The translations under genes were made by a program, and so were the position numbers. From NCBI GenBank assembly GCA_013265495.1, contig MU058198.1, positions 248,001 to 312,000 of the forward strand: a DNA stretch of 64,000 nucleotides. Direction: 5' to 3'. Below are positions 52,603 to 64,000 of the stretch, piece after piece (position 1 is the first letter of the stretch; the number at the start of each line of letters is the position of its first letter). A model generated the notes under the pieces. It was not told the origin of the DNA. It saw only the letters and a program-made list of their open reading frames with translations, and searched no databases. The DNA is from Vicugna vicugna (Eukaryota).

Positions 52603-54019
52603 CAACAAACTACATTATCTAAAATGTATATTTGTTGCATGTAAATTATGCTTCAGTAAAATTGATTAAAAGGGGGGATCTGAAGTAAGCAAACAGGGCA
52701 GAATATTAGCTCTTGTCAAATGTGGGAGATGGGTCCAGGGGTGTTTATTCTCTGTTAGAAACATTTCCTTTAAAAACATAATAAATATTAAATAAGAAAG
52801 CAAGAAACACTAGGCAGGGTAAGAGTGGTGACCGATGGGGGCCATGGGGGGGCCGCCACGTCAGGAGGGGGTCAGGCAAGGCCTCTCCGTGAGCGGAGGT
52901 CTGAATCACAGGACGTGGGGAGGGGCCACACAGGCAGAGGGAACAGCAAGTGAAAAGAGCTGTGTTCGGGAACGGAGGGAAGGCCAGTGTGGCTGGAGGG
53001 CGCTAAGAGGTGGATTCTGGAAAGGTCCATGGGAGCCTGAGAAAGCTGCCCCGGTGGCTGTCTGCCCACCCCAGGTGCTCATCCCAGAAATGGAAGGAGA
53101 GAGGATCAGAGGCAGGCAACTGGGCTCGCACCGCCTAAGGGGCCCTCAAGCCCTCTTCAGAGTATGAAGAGCTTTCCAGAGTGGAGAGCTACTCCCCTTC
53201 CAGGAGCCACTAAACATAACCCCCCACTGCCGCCCCAGCCACCGACTGTCAACAAGGCCACTTCCTGGTGTCAACTCGTTTCTAAAAAGGTTGTTTTTCA
53301 TCTCAAAAAAAGCAAAGCTTTTATTCCTCCTTCACTTTGTGGGATATTCGCTCGCTGCCCCCTCCCCGGCCCCCAGCCCACCGCGCATGCGCAAGTCATG
53401 CGCAAGTCAAGGTTCTCCTGTCCCACTGAGTCAGCCACTCTATCCCTCTGTCTTGGGAGTGATCGATTTGCAAGACAGTTGTCTGGAATTCGGGGATCAG
53501 TTGGTAGACATAAAAAAGAGGGCAAATTGAGCAATATCGAAGGATTGATTTATTTAACAAGCATTTATTCAACAGTTACTGAGTCCTAGGCACCAAATGT
53601 CATGATCGTGACAATAACAGCAAACCTTTCTTGAGAAGTCACAGGAGGCGAGGCAGTGACCCCAGCAAGCTAAGGCTGAATCTCCTTTTTCCCCTCCATC
53701 GCCCTAGAGGGCCCCAGCTTACAGATGAAAGAATTCAGGCTCAGAGAAGCCAAGAGACATCTTCAGGGTATCGTAAGTCAGGGCAGGATGCAAGTGCAGC
53801 CCATGCATTAACTCTTTTTTAAAAAATTAATTCATTTAAATTAAATTTAACTAATTTTAAAACCTGAATTATAGTTGGTTTACAATGCTGTGTGAGTTTC
53901 TGGCCCGTATGAACTCCTATACCACGTCCCTGGTAATTAAAGCACCATCCAGCCATCAACAATCCAATCTGTCGGGAGAGAGCAGGGAAGATACAAAAAC
54001 AAATCAAAATTCTGAGGGC

Positions 54020-54698
54020 CTCAGACTCACTAGGATGGCTATAAAAAAACAAAAAGGCAGTAAACATTGGCACAGATGTGGAGAAAATGGAACTTAATAC
54101 ACTGCTGGTGGGAATGGAAAATAACGCAGCCACCGACCTTTCCTTAGAAGGTTAACCAGAAAGATACCTTATGACCTAGCAATTCCACTCCTTGGTATAT
54201 ACCCATGAGAACAGAGAAACTTGTACATCGATGTTCACAGTTGCACGACCCACAATAGCCAAAGGGCGGAAAAGAGCTCAAATGCCCTTCAATGGATGAA
54301 TGGATAGAACGTGTTATTATAAAAATGTTATTCAGTCATAAAAACGAAGGAACTACTGATACACGCTACACTATTGGGCAGATGAACGTCAAAAACATTA
54401 TGCCAGGTGAAAGAAGCCAGACACAAAATCACGTATTGTGTGATTCCATTTACGAGATGTCCAGAATTGGTAAATCCAGAGAGACAGAAAGCAGAATGTG
54501 GTTGCCAGGATGTGGGAGGAGGGGGAAATGGGGAGTGACTGCTTGATGGGTACAAGGTCTTCTTTGGAGTGATGGGAATGTTCTGGAATTAGACAGGTAA
54601 TGGTTACACAACATTGAGAATGTACTAAATGCCACTGAACTGTACTTTCAAATGGTTAAACTGCTGATGTTTTGTGAATTTCACCTCAATCAAAAAAA
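54020..54698 (+). mobile_element. L1MB-like 3' end
   Basis: Reads actgctggtgggaatg...gcaattccactccttggtatataccca...aatgttctggaattaga...gaatttcacctcaat. Confidence 0.85.
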
Positions 54699-55160
54699 TT
54701 ATAGGTCCTAAATATTAAGGAGCCATATGGACCTGATCTAGTGCAAGACGACTGAAGCACAACCCACTCTTGGGAGGGGCATGGTCACGGAAGGCTTCAT
54801 GGAACAGGCATTTGAGTTAAGCCCTAAAAGATAGGTAGGATGTGTTAACTAAGCTTATCACGGTAATCACTGCAAAATATATGTGTATATATATCACAAT
54901 GTTATATGTCAATTATATCTCAATAAAGCTAGAAAAAAAGAAAGAAAAATAAGTAGAATTCTGTCCAGCAAATAGAGCCGGGAAGGGCACTCCATACAGA
55001 TGGAACAGAATGAGGGAACCCTTCCCTGTGGCCTCATCACCCTTTGTTGCCCTGGTCCTGAATATTCTTGATTTCGTAACAGAAAGTCCCAAGTAACTTG
55101 CTATTAATAGTAAAGTAACCAAAGAGGGTTAATCATTTGGATTTCAAAAATAAATTAGTG

Positions 55161-55299
55161 GGGGAGGGTATAGCGCAGTGATAGAGCGCGTGCTTAGCAT
55201 TCACAAGGTCCTGGGTTCAACCCCCAATACCTCCATTAAACAAACAAACAAACAAACAAATAAACTCTAAGTGACACCTCCCGAAAAAAACCAAAAAAT
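55161..55299 (+). mobile_element. tRNA-derived SINE (Vic-1-like)
   Basis: Reads ggggagggtatagcgcagtg...gggttcaaccccc with an (AAAC)n tail. TSD AAATAAATTAGTG at 55148-55160 and 55300-55312. Confidence 0.88.
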
Positions 55300-56006
55300 A
55301 AATAAATTAGTGAGGATAAGCACAAATAATATTACCCTAACTCATGTGCATTCTTGGTTTTTGTTTTTTAAGCAGGAAAGACAATGCTGGCTTCTCACTG
55401 AGGCAGAACAGGTGTGTAGCTCTGGGCCCCCGAGAAGCAGGGGATGCCCCCCACCTCTACTTCAAATGAAAAAGGGAGAAATCTATTTCTCGGCAAGAAT
55501 TTGATATTTGATATTTCAGAAATAATATTGCAGGGAAGTGAGACCACCACTGGGATTAACAGTTGAGAATTATTTTCGCAGACAACACGTGATGAGAGGT
55601 TCCAGAATGATCAGAACTTGGGGTCTCAAGGTCAAATCTTAACCCAGCCCTGGAGCAAGTGGAGGGTCCGCCCTACACTAGGGCCTCTGCTCCGAAACAC
55701 GTGCACCTATGAACAACATCCACTCGGGCATCAAAAACTGCAGCTTTAATAACCTGAGGGCAAAAACGTTCCTGGAGAGTTCCTGGAGCCAGAGTCCTCC
55801 TGGTCCTTCTTCCCTAGAAGAAACATTGACACTAAATTTAAAAGCAGACCAGCAGCCAGCTGGCAGGGAACTTCCAAGATGGGAACAGAAAAAGCAAGAC
55901 CACCTAGTTCAGTATCTCCCCAACCTACCCGCCTCCCGCAAAGGATCATGGAATTTACGGCGATCGCTGTGGACACCTGTGAAGTACTGGCACATTAAAC
56001 TTACAT

Positions 56007-56222
56007 CAACCTGGGGCAGTTCTGCCCTCCCATCACCTCCAGGAACATTGGCAACGTCTGCAGACATTTTTAGTTGTCACAACTGGGGAGGGGGATGCTC
56101 CTGACATCTAGTGGGTGGAGACCAGGGATGCTGCTAAACATCCTACAACGTCCAGAATCCCACCACCACCTCAACAAAGGATAATCTGGCCCAAAATATC
56201 AACAGCGCTGAGGCTGAGACAT
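56007..56222 (+). mobile_element. MER20
   Basis: Reads ggcaacgtctgcagacattttt...catctagtgggtggagaccagggatgctgctaaacatcc. Confidence 0.85.
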
Positions 56223-56784
56223 CTTAGTGAAACCTATGAACCTCAGGTTGGTTCAGATCCTTCTCTTATACATGATTCTAGCCTGAATAAATGTTAACAG
56301 CAACCAAAGAATTTGTATTTTTCTCCAACAGATATGAGGGAAGTCCATCCACTACCTCAGCTGAACTTGTCTGGGTCATCTTCTTCAGACTGGAAGAGGC
56401 CACAGCACAGCTGCAAGTCAACCTACGATTCCAAGACCAAGATCAAGACCAAGCTATGATTCCCATCCTTCCGCTTCCTCCTTGGGCCTTTCTTCTTTGC
56501 TGCAAGTACAAACCCAAGCACCAGATAAAAAAGTCCTCCAGGAAGTGGGCTCAGCCGCCCCAAGGAGAATGGATTGTTTATTCTGAGATCTCCAACACTA
56601 TGAAGTCTTCTTTCTCCTACCCAAATTTAGACCGATATGGTTGGCATGTCACAGCTGGAAGAGTTGGGTCCAATACTCTAGGTTTATAAAAGAAAACTGA
56701 GCCAGGCCATTCTCTCACTTCCTTGCTTACCACTCTCCATCACCCTTAGAATGAAATCCAAAATCCACAGCCTAGTCTTCAAAA

Positions 56785-56992
56785 GGATTTGCCAACCTCA
56801 GCACTATTGCCATTAGGGGCTGATCATTCTATGTTGTGGGGCTGTCCCATGCATTGTAGGATGTTTACCAGCATCCCTGGTCTCCACCCAGCAGATGCCA
56901 GCAGCATACCACCCCTAATGGGACAACCTGGAATGTCTCTAGACATCACCATGTGTCCTCTGAGGGCAAAATCACCCAGCTGAGAACCACTG
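56785..56992 (-). mobile_element. MER20
   Basis: Reads caacctcagcactattg...ggctgtcccatgcattgtaggatgttt...gagaaccactg. Confidence 0.85.
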
Positions 56993-59026
56993 GTCTAGCA
57001 GGATCTAAATAACCTGACCTCTGCTTACGTCTCATACCTCATCCACCTGCCACATCCACTTTCTTTCTGTTCCTTGAAAACCACAGATCCTTCCTACCCC
57101 AAGGCTTGCTATTCCCTCAGCCTAGGAATCTCAACTCAGATGTCACCTCTTCAAGCTTTCCATGATCACCAATGGAAAACAGACCCCTGCCTCCATCACT
57201 TTCAATCGCATTACCTTGTTCAAGTTCTTTCATGGCACTCTGTCCTTGTCAGATGTTTTCTTGTTCTCCCTAAAGGCAAGGACTGTGTCCATCTCTCTAC
57301 CACTATATTCATAGCACCTGGAAGATCTTCAGTCCAGAAGACCATGTGAACAACCTATGTGGCCCCCAACATGGAGGCTCCCCACTCCCATGTCATGGTT
57401 TGAGAGGGGTCATTGGCATGGCGTCTGTCACTTGCCCTATCCGACTTCAAGAGAATTGAAGCTGAGGCAGGAGAAGGAACTGGTGACTGGTGTCACTTCT
57501 CCCTTTTCCCCTGTCAAGGCAACGTCACAAATAAACAGGGATCATTTCCTTCTTTAGGAGTCTGATGAGCTTAATCGGGTTGAACCACATGGGGTGGGCT
57601 TGGAAGAACATAAGCAGACTGTCTGTAAATTACTCAAATGAACCCAGAAGACACTCTGCCAGCCCCCCAGCAGCCAGCTTGTGCCAACGTTGCTCTGCTT
57701 TCCACCCAGAGAAAAATTCTGTCTCCCTGCCACCACTGAACACAAGTAAGTTCGAATCAATAAAAAGGAAATCAAAGAAAACCATGTGGGACAGAAGACA
57801 ATTTCTGGGGAAAACAACAGCCCGGCTCTCCTCCTGACGTCCGTCCTTTGAAGTGTTTCATACGGCACCCTTCCTCCTGCTCACCTGGCAGAGGGTTTCA
57901 GATGTGTGCACACACTTTAACTGATGCCCAAACACAGCTGCTATGCGCTTGCTGCCTTTGTTCCCGTGGATTGGGAGAAACCTTTTGTCTCTTAATTTAC
58001 CGCACAAACAACATTAAAATAGGAACGGAATTTTTTAAAAGCAAAATCCAACAGCAATCCAAGCGCATTACACATTTCATCAAACACTTTCTTTGGTCCA
58101 CACTCTCCCCTTCAGATTCTCTTCCAGTCCTTGTCAATAATCAAAACAAGATTTGCATAGCTTCACTAACAACACAGGCAAATTATGAAATACCATCCCC
58201 GACCCTTTTTAAACTTAAGTAGACACACACATTTTCCAAGTTACTACCTGGACATCACAAGAATCACCTGTAATGTCTACTTAGAGTATTCCATCAGCCT
58301 GAAATACTGTAATTTACTTCCATCATTTTCCCATTGCTAGGTACTTGGGTTATTTTAAATGACCTAAAATAGGGCACTTTGGCATTTTGCTTCTTTCAGG
58401 TTACAATCCTCTAATAAAACCCAGGGGTAAGAGATCACTGGGTCAAAGAATACATTAAGATATATCCAAATATTCAGATATTTTTCTGCCATTCAGTATG
58501 AACTTCCAGACCGTTTGCCAAAAGGGCTGATCTAACTTCACAGCCACCAGGACTGTCACCACAACATCACCAGCACCAAGTATTAACATTTTGACAAGTG
58601 GGTGCAGGCTCAGCGTGGTTGCTGAAATATTTTTTGTTTGCATTTCTTTGATTGAATACCCAGTCACATATCAGTTTAATTACACTTCCTCTTTTGCATG
58701 GAAACACTGACTTTCTCTGTGAGTTCAATGGCCCTCCTCAATAAGTCCAGGGCGCGGCCAATAATAAACATTTAGCGCTGGATTGTATTTGTCTGCTACT
58801 GCCAGGCTTTCTAATTATTCCTGTCTACTGAATATCTGATTACGGATTTAATTTGTATTTCCCGGACTGCTAAAAGGACTGAGCATCTTTTCATGATCGT
58901 CAGCTATTCACTTTTCCTCTTCTATGAAAACCCTGTTCATATCTTTTGGCCCATTGTTCTATCGGGCACCTGCTGATTTATAAAGGCCTTTAAATATTAC
59001 GGCTACTAAGTTACTCACCAGTTATG

Positions 59027-59402
59027 TGTTATAGGTTGAATTGGGTCCCTCCCCAAACTCACGTTTAAGTCCCATCCCTTAGCGTCTCAGAACATCACGT
59101 TATTTGAAAACAGGGTCGTTGCAGATGTAATTAAGACGAGGTCACAGTGGAGGAGGGTGGGGCTCTAATCCAGGATGGTTGGTGTCATTATAACAGGGGG
59201 AAATTTGGACACTGCAGGGAGAATGCCATGTGAAGTTCTGCCGCCACAAGCCAAGGAACTGGCAGAAGCCAGGAGAGAGATCGCAGATAGATCCTTCCGA
59301 GAACCTTCCGAGGGAGTGCGGCCCCGTCGACTCCTGGACCTCCGTAACTGTAAATTTCTGTCGTTTAAGCCAGTTTGTGGTACTCTGTTATAATAGTCTA
59401 CA
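59027..59402 (+). mobile_element. MaLR LTR (MLT1B/C-like)
   Basis: Reads tgttataggttgaattgggtccc...gggtcgttgcagatgtaatt...cacaagccaaggaac...tttaagccagtttgtggtac. Confidence 0.85.
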
Positions 59403-62400
59403 AACAAATTCATGGGTATGGTCCTCCCAGTTTGCGGCTTGTTTTTAATCTTCTTTTTTACCATGTTTTCTGATGAGCAGAAGCTCATAATTTTAAAGTG
59501 GCAGAATGCATTCATCTTTTCCTCTCTGGTTCACACTTTGTAACTTTTTCAGAAATGTTTTGCTAAAGTTAGAATGGTATTCTCCTTTTTTTTCCTCCTA
59601 AAATTTAAAGTTTGGCCTTTCAAAAGGAAGCCCTTGGGCCATCGGGACGTGGTTTTGGTGTGGGGTGTGAGATAAGCTCTGTTTTTATTTCTGATGTCAT
59701 GACCACTTTTTTCTTCTGTCTTTCTGCCCCACGAGGCTGTGAGCTCACGGAGGGTAGTGATTTTATGTCACCTCTGCCCATCTCCCTAGGTACGGAACAG
59801 ACCCTGTGGTGAACGCTGGCCAAGAGAAACATTTGTTTATATCCAGCATATGAAGCTAGCTAAACCTTCCAGGGAAGTTGGGAGAGAGGCTCAGTCATTT
59901 GATGTCTGAGAGTTTATGACCAGGGCTCAATGGCCGTCCAGATGAGATCAACCTACTTCAGATCCACTCAAGCATCTTAAAAGAGTGAGATATTGACTCT
60001 ATTCTAAATTGGGCTCCCAATGAGCCTCCTGAAGCAGACACAGCTGTTCTAGCAGATTGCTCCAGAACTTGCAACACTATCAACCCAAGCCTGACATGGC
60101 AGGCATGAAGCCTTGTCTCCAGCTACCCAGTACCCACAGTGAAGGACCAACAGGGGACAGTTAGGCGAGCCTCCCTCAAGTAGAAGCGGCAGGAGCAGCC
60201 AGGATGGGCTGAGACACCAGAAGCTGGGAGAAGCTCTGCCTGCTAAGGGAGGGATTCCGAGTCAGCAGGTTCCAGCCCCCAGCCCCTTCTTCTGTCTGCT
60301 GATTCCATTTCTGCATAGAAAGCCCCCCTCTGCTTCTCTGTGCCTTAGTCACCTAATTAGACCAACCTCTCCCTAACCTCAGATCAAGCCCAACCACCTG
60401 TCACAGACAGTTGTATCTACCACCTTTTGGGAACAAGGTTAGCATACAGTAGGTGCTCAATAATTATCTGTTGCCAGAGCAATTGTGTGAGACACAAAGG
60501 ACACAGTAGTGAGCAAGATGTTCAAGGTCACTATAATGCAGTTCAACATTATTTATTACACAGAATGAATTAATTATGAGATGATTTAATTAGCCCTGTG
60601 GTGTGTGCTATGAAGAATAACAGAGTGCTGTGGGAACTGACCTTCCTGAGACTCCCCTGCAGAAGTAAGACCAGGAGTCAGAAAGCCAAGGAGCAGGCAC
60701 ATGGAATAAGAGGAAAGGCTGGGGGCAGAGCTGAGGCTGGGGGAAGACAGGTCAGCTCATGCCATGCTGCCAGGTTAGGAGTGTGGGCTTATCCTAAGGA
60801 ATAGGGAGCCACAGAAGGCTTTAGACAGACACCTACTTTGATGGACATTTTAAACAGATCTCTGTGGCTATACCTCCTCTTTGGATGGAAGCTGTCTCTC
60901 CTCCTGACTCCCTCTTCCACTCATGTTGTAACTGTTGCATGTCTCTGTATCTCTTGGAACAAACCTTTCTACGAAGTTATTTTACTTTTCCTGTCCTATC
61001 ATTTCTGCCGGGAGGGACTGCACCTTCTATGTTCTCGCCCACCTGTTTTTCCTGCCCTCATATTCGGAGGTAGGGTGGCTGTTATGCATTGAATCACGTC
61101 CCTCAAAAAGATCATGGAACAAAATCTCTCTCAGAGCCTCCAGAAGGAAACAGCCCGGCTGACACTTCGATTTTGAACTTCCAGCCCCCAGGATGTAAGC
61201 AAAGACATTCCTGTTGTTTTCAGACACCTGCTTTGTTGTCATTGTTACCGCCGTCCTGGGACATGAACACAGTGGCGCGCTGAGCAGAAGGATGGAGCCT
61301 CAGCCCCCATCCCAACGCCAGCTCTCCAGGTACTGACAGTGTGGCCCTGGACCTGCTGAGGAAGCCCTCTGAGCCACGTTTCCTTTCCTCCTGGGAAAAC
61401 AGGGGACATAAGAGACACCCCAGGACATCCTAGTGGAGACCAGCCTGTCTTCTGCTTCCTCTGTTGCCCCGCCTGACAGCGTCCTCTCTCACCTCCCCTC
61501 TCCTTCTAGCTTTGTTTCTTCGTCTTCACAGTTCCTAACCCTTCCCCTTGCCCTTAAATGCAGTTTTCCCCAGAATTCAACTCCTGGTCACCTTTCCCTC
61601 TTACATTACACAGTGTTTCCTGGTAAATGCTGTTGATGGCTCGAGTTTCAACGATCATGTTTACTGTCTGTCTCAAATATGCTGATTTCTTTCAAATTCC
61701 AGTCTTGCCTAAGCCTTACATGTTTTCTTCCCTCTTTCCCCTTTCCTTTCTTCCTTACTTGCTTCCCTTCCATGTATATTTTTACTGAACATCCATTATG
61801 TACCAGGCGCTGGAGGACCAGCTGTGAACAAGACAGAAAAAGTCCCCATCCTCTTGAAGCTCACATGGTAGCGGAAGAAAGAGATAATAAAGAAATCGAT
61901 GTGTAATGTCTGCTAGTGATAAATACTATCGAGAAAAATAAAGCTGTCTAAGGGAGTAGAAAGTGATCGGCTTGTCAGGCGGCCAGCCAGGCAGGGGACA
62001 GGCCTAGGCTTGTGAAGGTCAGGGTTTCCAAAGCTGCCTTCATCAGAAGCATCACTTGGGAGTGGGGCGGGGGGGTGCTTGTAAAACACAGATTCCCGGG
62101 ACCTCCCCGAACCCACTTGATCAGACTCTTCAGAGGAGGGGCCTGGGAACTAGTATTTTTAAAAAGTGCCCCAGAAATACTGATAACGGATGCTTCAAGT
62201 GATGGGATCAGGTAAGAGCACGTAGGAATTTTAAGTTCAGTTTAGTCCACAGGAAGTCACCACATGGATGCTCCATCCTCAACACCCCGCACCCCAAAAT
62301 GAGCCACTCATCGCCACCGCCACCCACCCCACCTGCTCCTCCCACCTCACTGTCCAGCACCCCAACCAGCAGGCCCCTCAAACTGAACAAGACCCTGGAG

Positions 62401-64000
62401 GCCTCCAATGATTGACTTTACGAGTCAGTGCAAGCTGGCTCCAGTGCGCCGCATGACCCCCATTTCACAGACAAAGAAACGGAGGCTTAGAGATGGTGAG
62501 CTAACTCTCCCAGGCTCACACCTGTAGAGGGTGGCAAAGCCAGGACTTAAACCCAGGTCTGTATGACTCCAGGGCCTGAGCTCTTAGCCATCATAGGTCC
62601 TTCCCCTGTGGGGTAAAGCAGTATGCCACGGTGGAAAGAACTCCTGCCTGGTGGTCAGGTGACCTAGCTCTCCTAGTATCTCCTTTCTGCCACTGAAAGC
62701 TGTGTGACCTTGGACCACTCACTCAACCTCTCTGTGCTGTAGTTTTCTCATCTATAAAATAGGATTGGTTCAAATCACTCCCCTTCCAGTTCATATTATA
62801 ACCAGGAATCAAAAGCCTGAAATGTAACCTACATTTCTATTTTAGGAGGAGGAAACAAGAAGAACCACATAAAAAGAAACTTCTGGTGAATATTGCCTTG
62901 TGAGGCTCTGGCCTGGGCCCGGCCCTGGTTGCACAGTGTTGCCCAAACACTGCTGTTCAACAAAACCTGGGCAGGAAACCCTTTTGACACACACACAGAG
63001 GCCAGGATTCTGCTGAGAGAGTTAAGGCTGACAGCAGCTCAGGGCAAGTTAAAGAGGGACTCTCATTAAAAAACTGACATTTGCCTTGTCGGGGGCCTTG
63101 CTTGTTCTGGTTTCAGGTGGTATGATCATCAAATACAAAGTGCTGTCAGGAGAGGCTCGGGGCATGACTCGCCCCAGGCAGATTCCACGTAGCAGGCCCC
63201 ATCAGCACGTGACTCTGGGCACCTCAGACCATCACCATTTTCGCTACTAAAAAATGTCCTAAATTCCTTCTATGTTCATCTGCCTGGGGCATGGTTGAGA
63301 CCAAAGTATCACATATTGAAACACAAATTGGATTCTAAGGCCAAATCCTTACGGCTCAATCTCAGTTGCTCCCTAACCTCTCCTCCTTTTTGGACCCCTC
63401 CCCTCTCAGTTCCCGCCCTCAACCTCCTGGTCACCACTATTCAATGTATAGTATTTGCCAGGCACTTTCCCTGCCTGATCTTGGTTTATCAAGAGGTAAT
63501 GAAGTGGAGTGGCTCAGTGCACAGCCTCTGGAGCTGGACCAGTCTGGGTTCAAATCCCAGTTCTGTGGCCTCGGGCATGTAACTTAATGCATGCCTCAGT
63601 TTCCCCATCCATAAAATGGGATGATGATAATGGTGACGACAATAAAATCCTTAGCACCGTGCCTGGCACATGGTGAGTGCTCTGTGGGTCAGCTCTCACT
63701 GTCATCTTCACAAGAATGCAGTGAGCATTATTATCCCTAATTCACAGGTGAGGAGATGGACCCAAGTCCAGGCAGCCGGTAAATGGTGAAGTCAGGGCCT
63801 TAACCAAGTCAGTCTAACTCAAAAGCTAACATTCTTTCCACAACGATATATATTCAATTCAAAAAACATCTACTGAGTTCCTTCTAAGTGCTAAAGATAC
63901 AGAGAATCAATAACAAAAACTGATGTTATAGAGGGTCCGGCCACGCCTTGTGCATGGACAGAATGCAGAGGGGGACTCCTCCTGTTGACCCCAGAGCCGG

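Overview
This is mammalian genomic DNA, most likely camelid (alpaca or camel), judged from six tRNA-derived SINEs resembling Vic-1. It contains two tandem minus-strand genes. SYT17 (synaptotagmin 17) contributes its last three coding exons (48825-48945, 47115-47270, 18420-18616) and a ~1.2 kb 3'UTR. CLEC19A contributes its first two coding exons (10154-10241, 1530-1695). All splice sites are canonical GT-AG and phase-compatible; two of the five exons are missing from the ORF track and were found by reading the sequence. The rest is intronic or intergenic DNA rich in repeats (L1, L2, MIR, MaLR/ERV LTRs, MER5/20/58/102, a Tigger-like fossil). Family names come from recalled consensus sequences, not from a database search, and most boundaries are approximate. 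Almost all other short ORFs are noise. I see no convincing previously undescribed biological system. The best leads are: a TSD-flanked, polyadenylated ~260 bp orphan insert that splits an MLT1 LTR; a promoter-like ETS/CRE + E-box + NRF1 motif cluster in CLEC19A intron 1; a CTCF-like motif inside a MER102 upstream of CLEC19A; an unassigned solo LTR; and frame compatibility for a SYT17-CLEC19A read-through splice.
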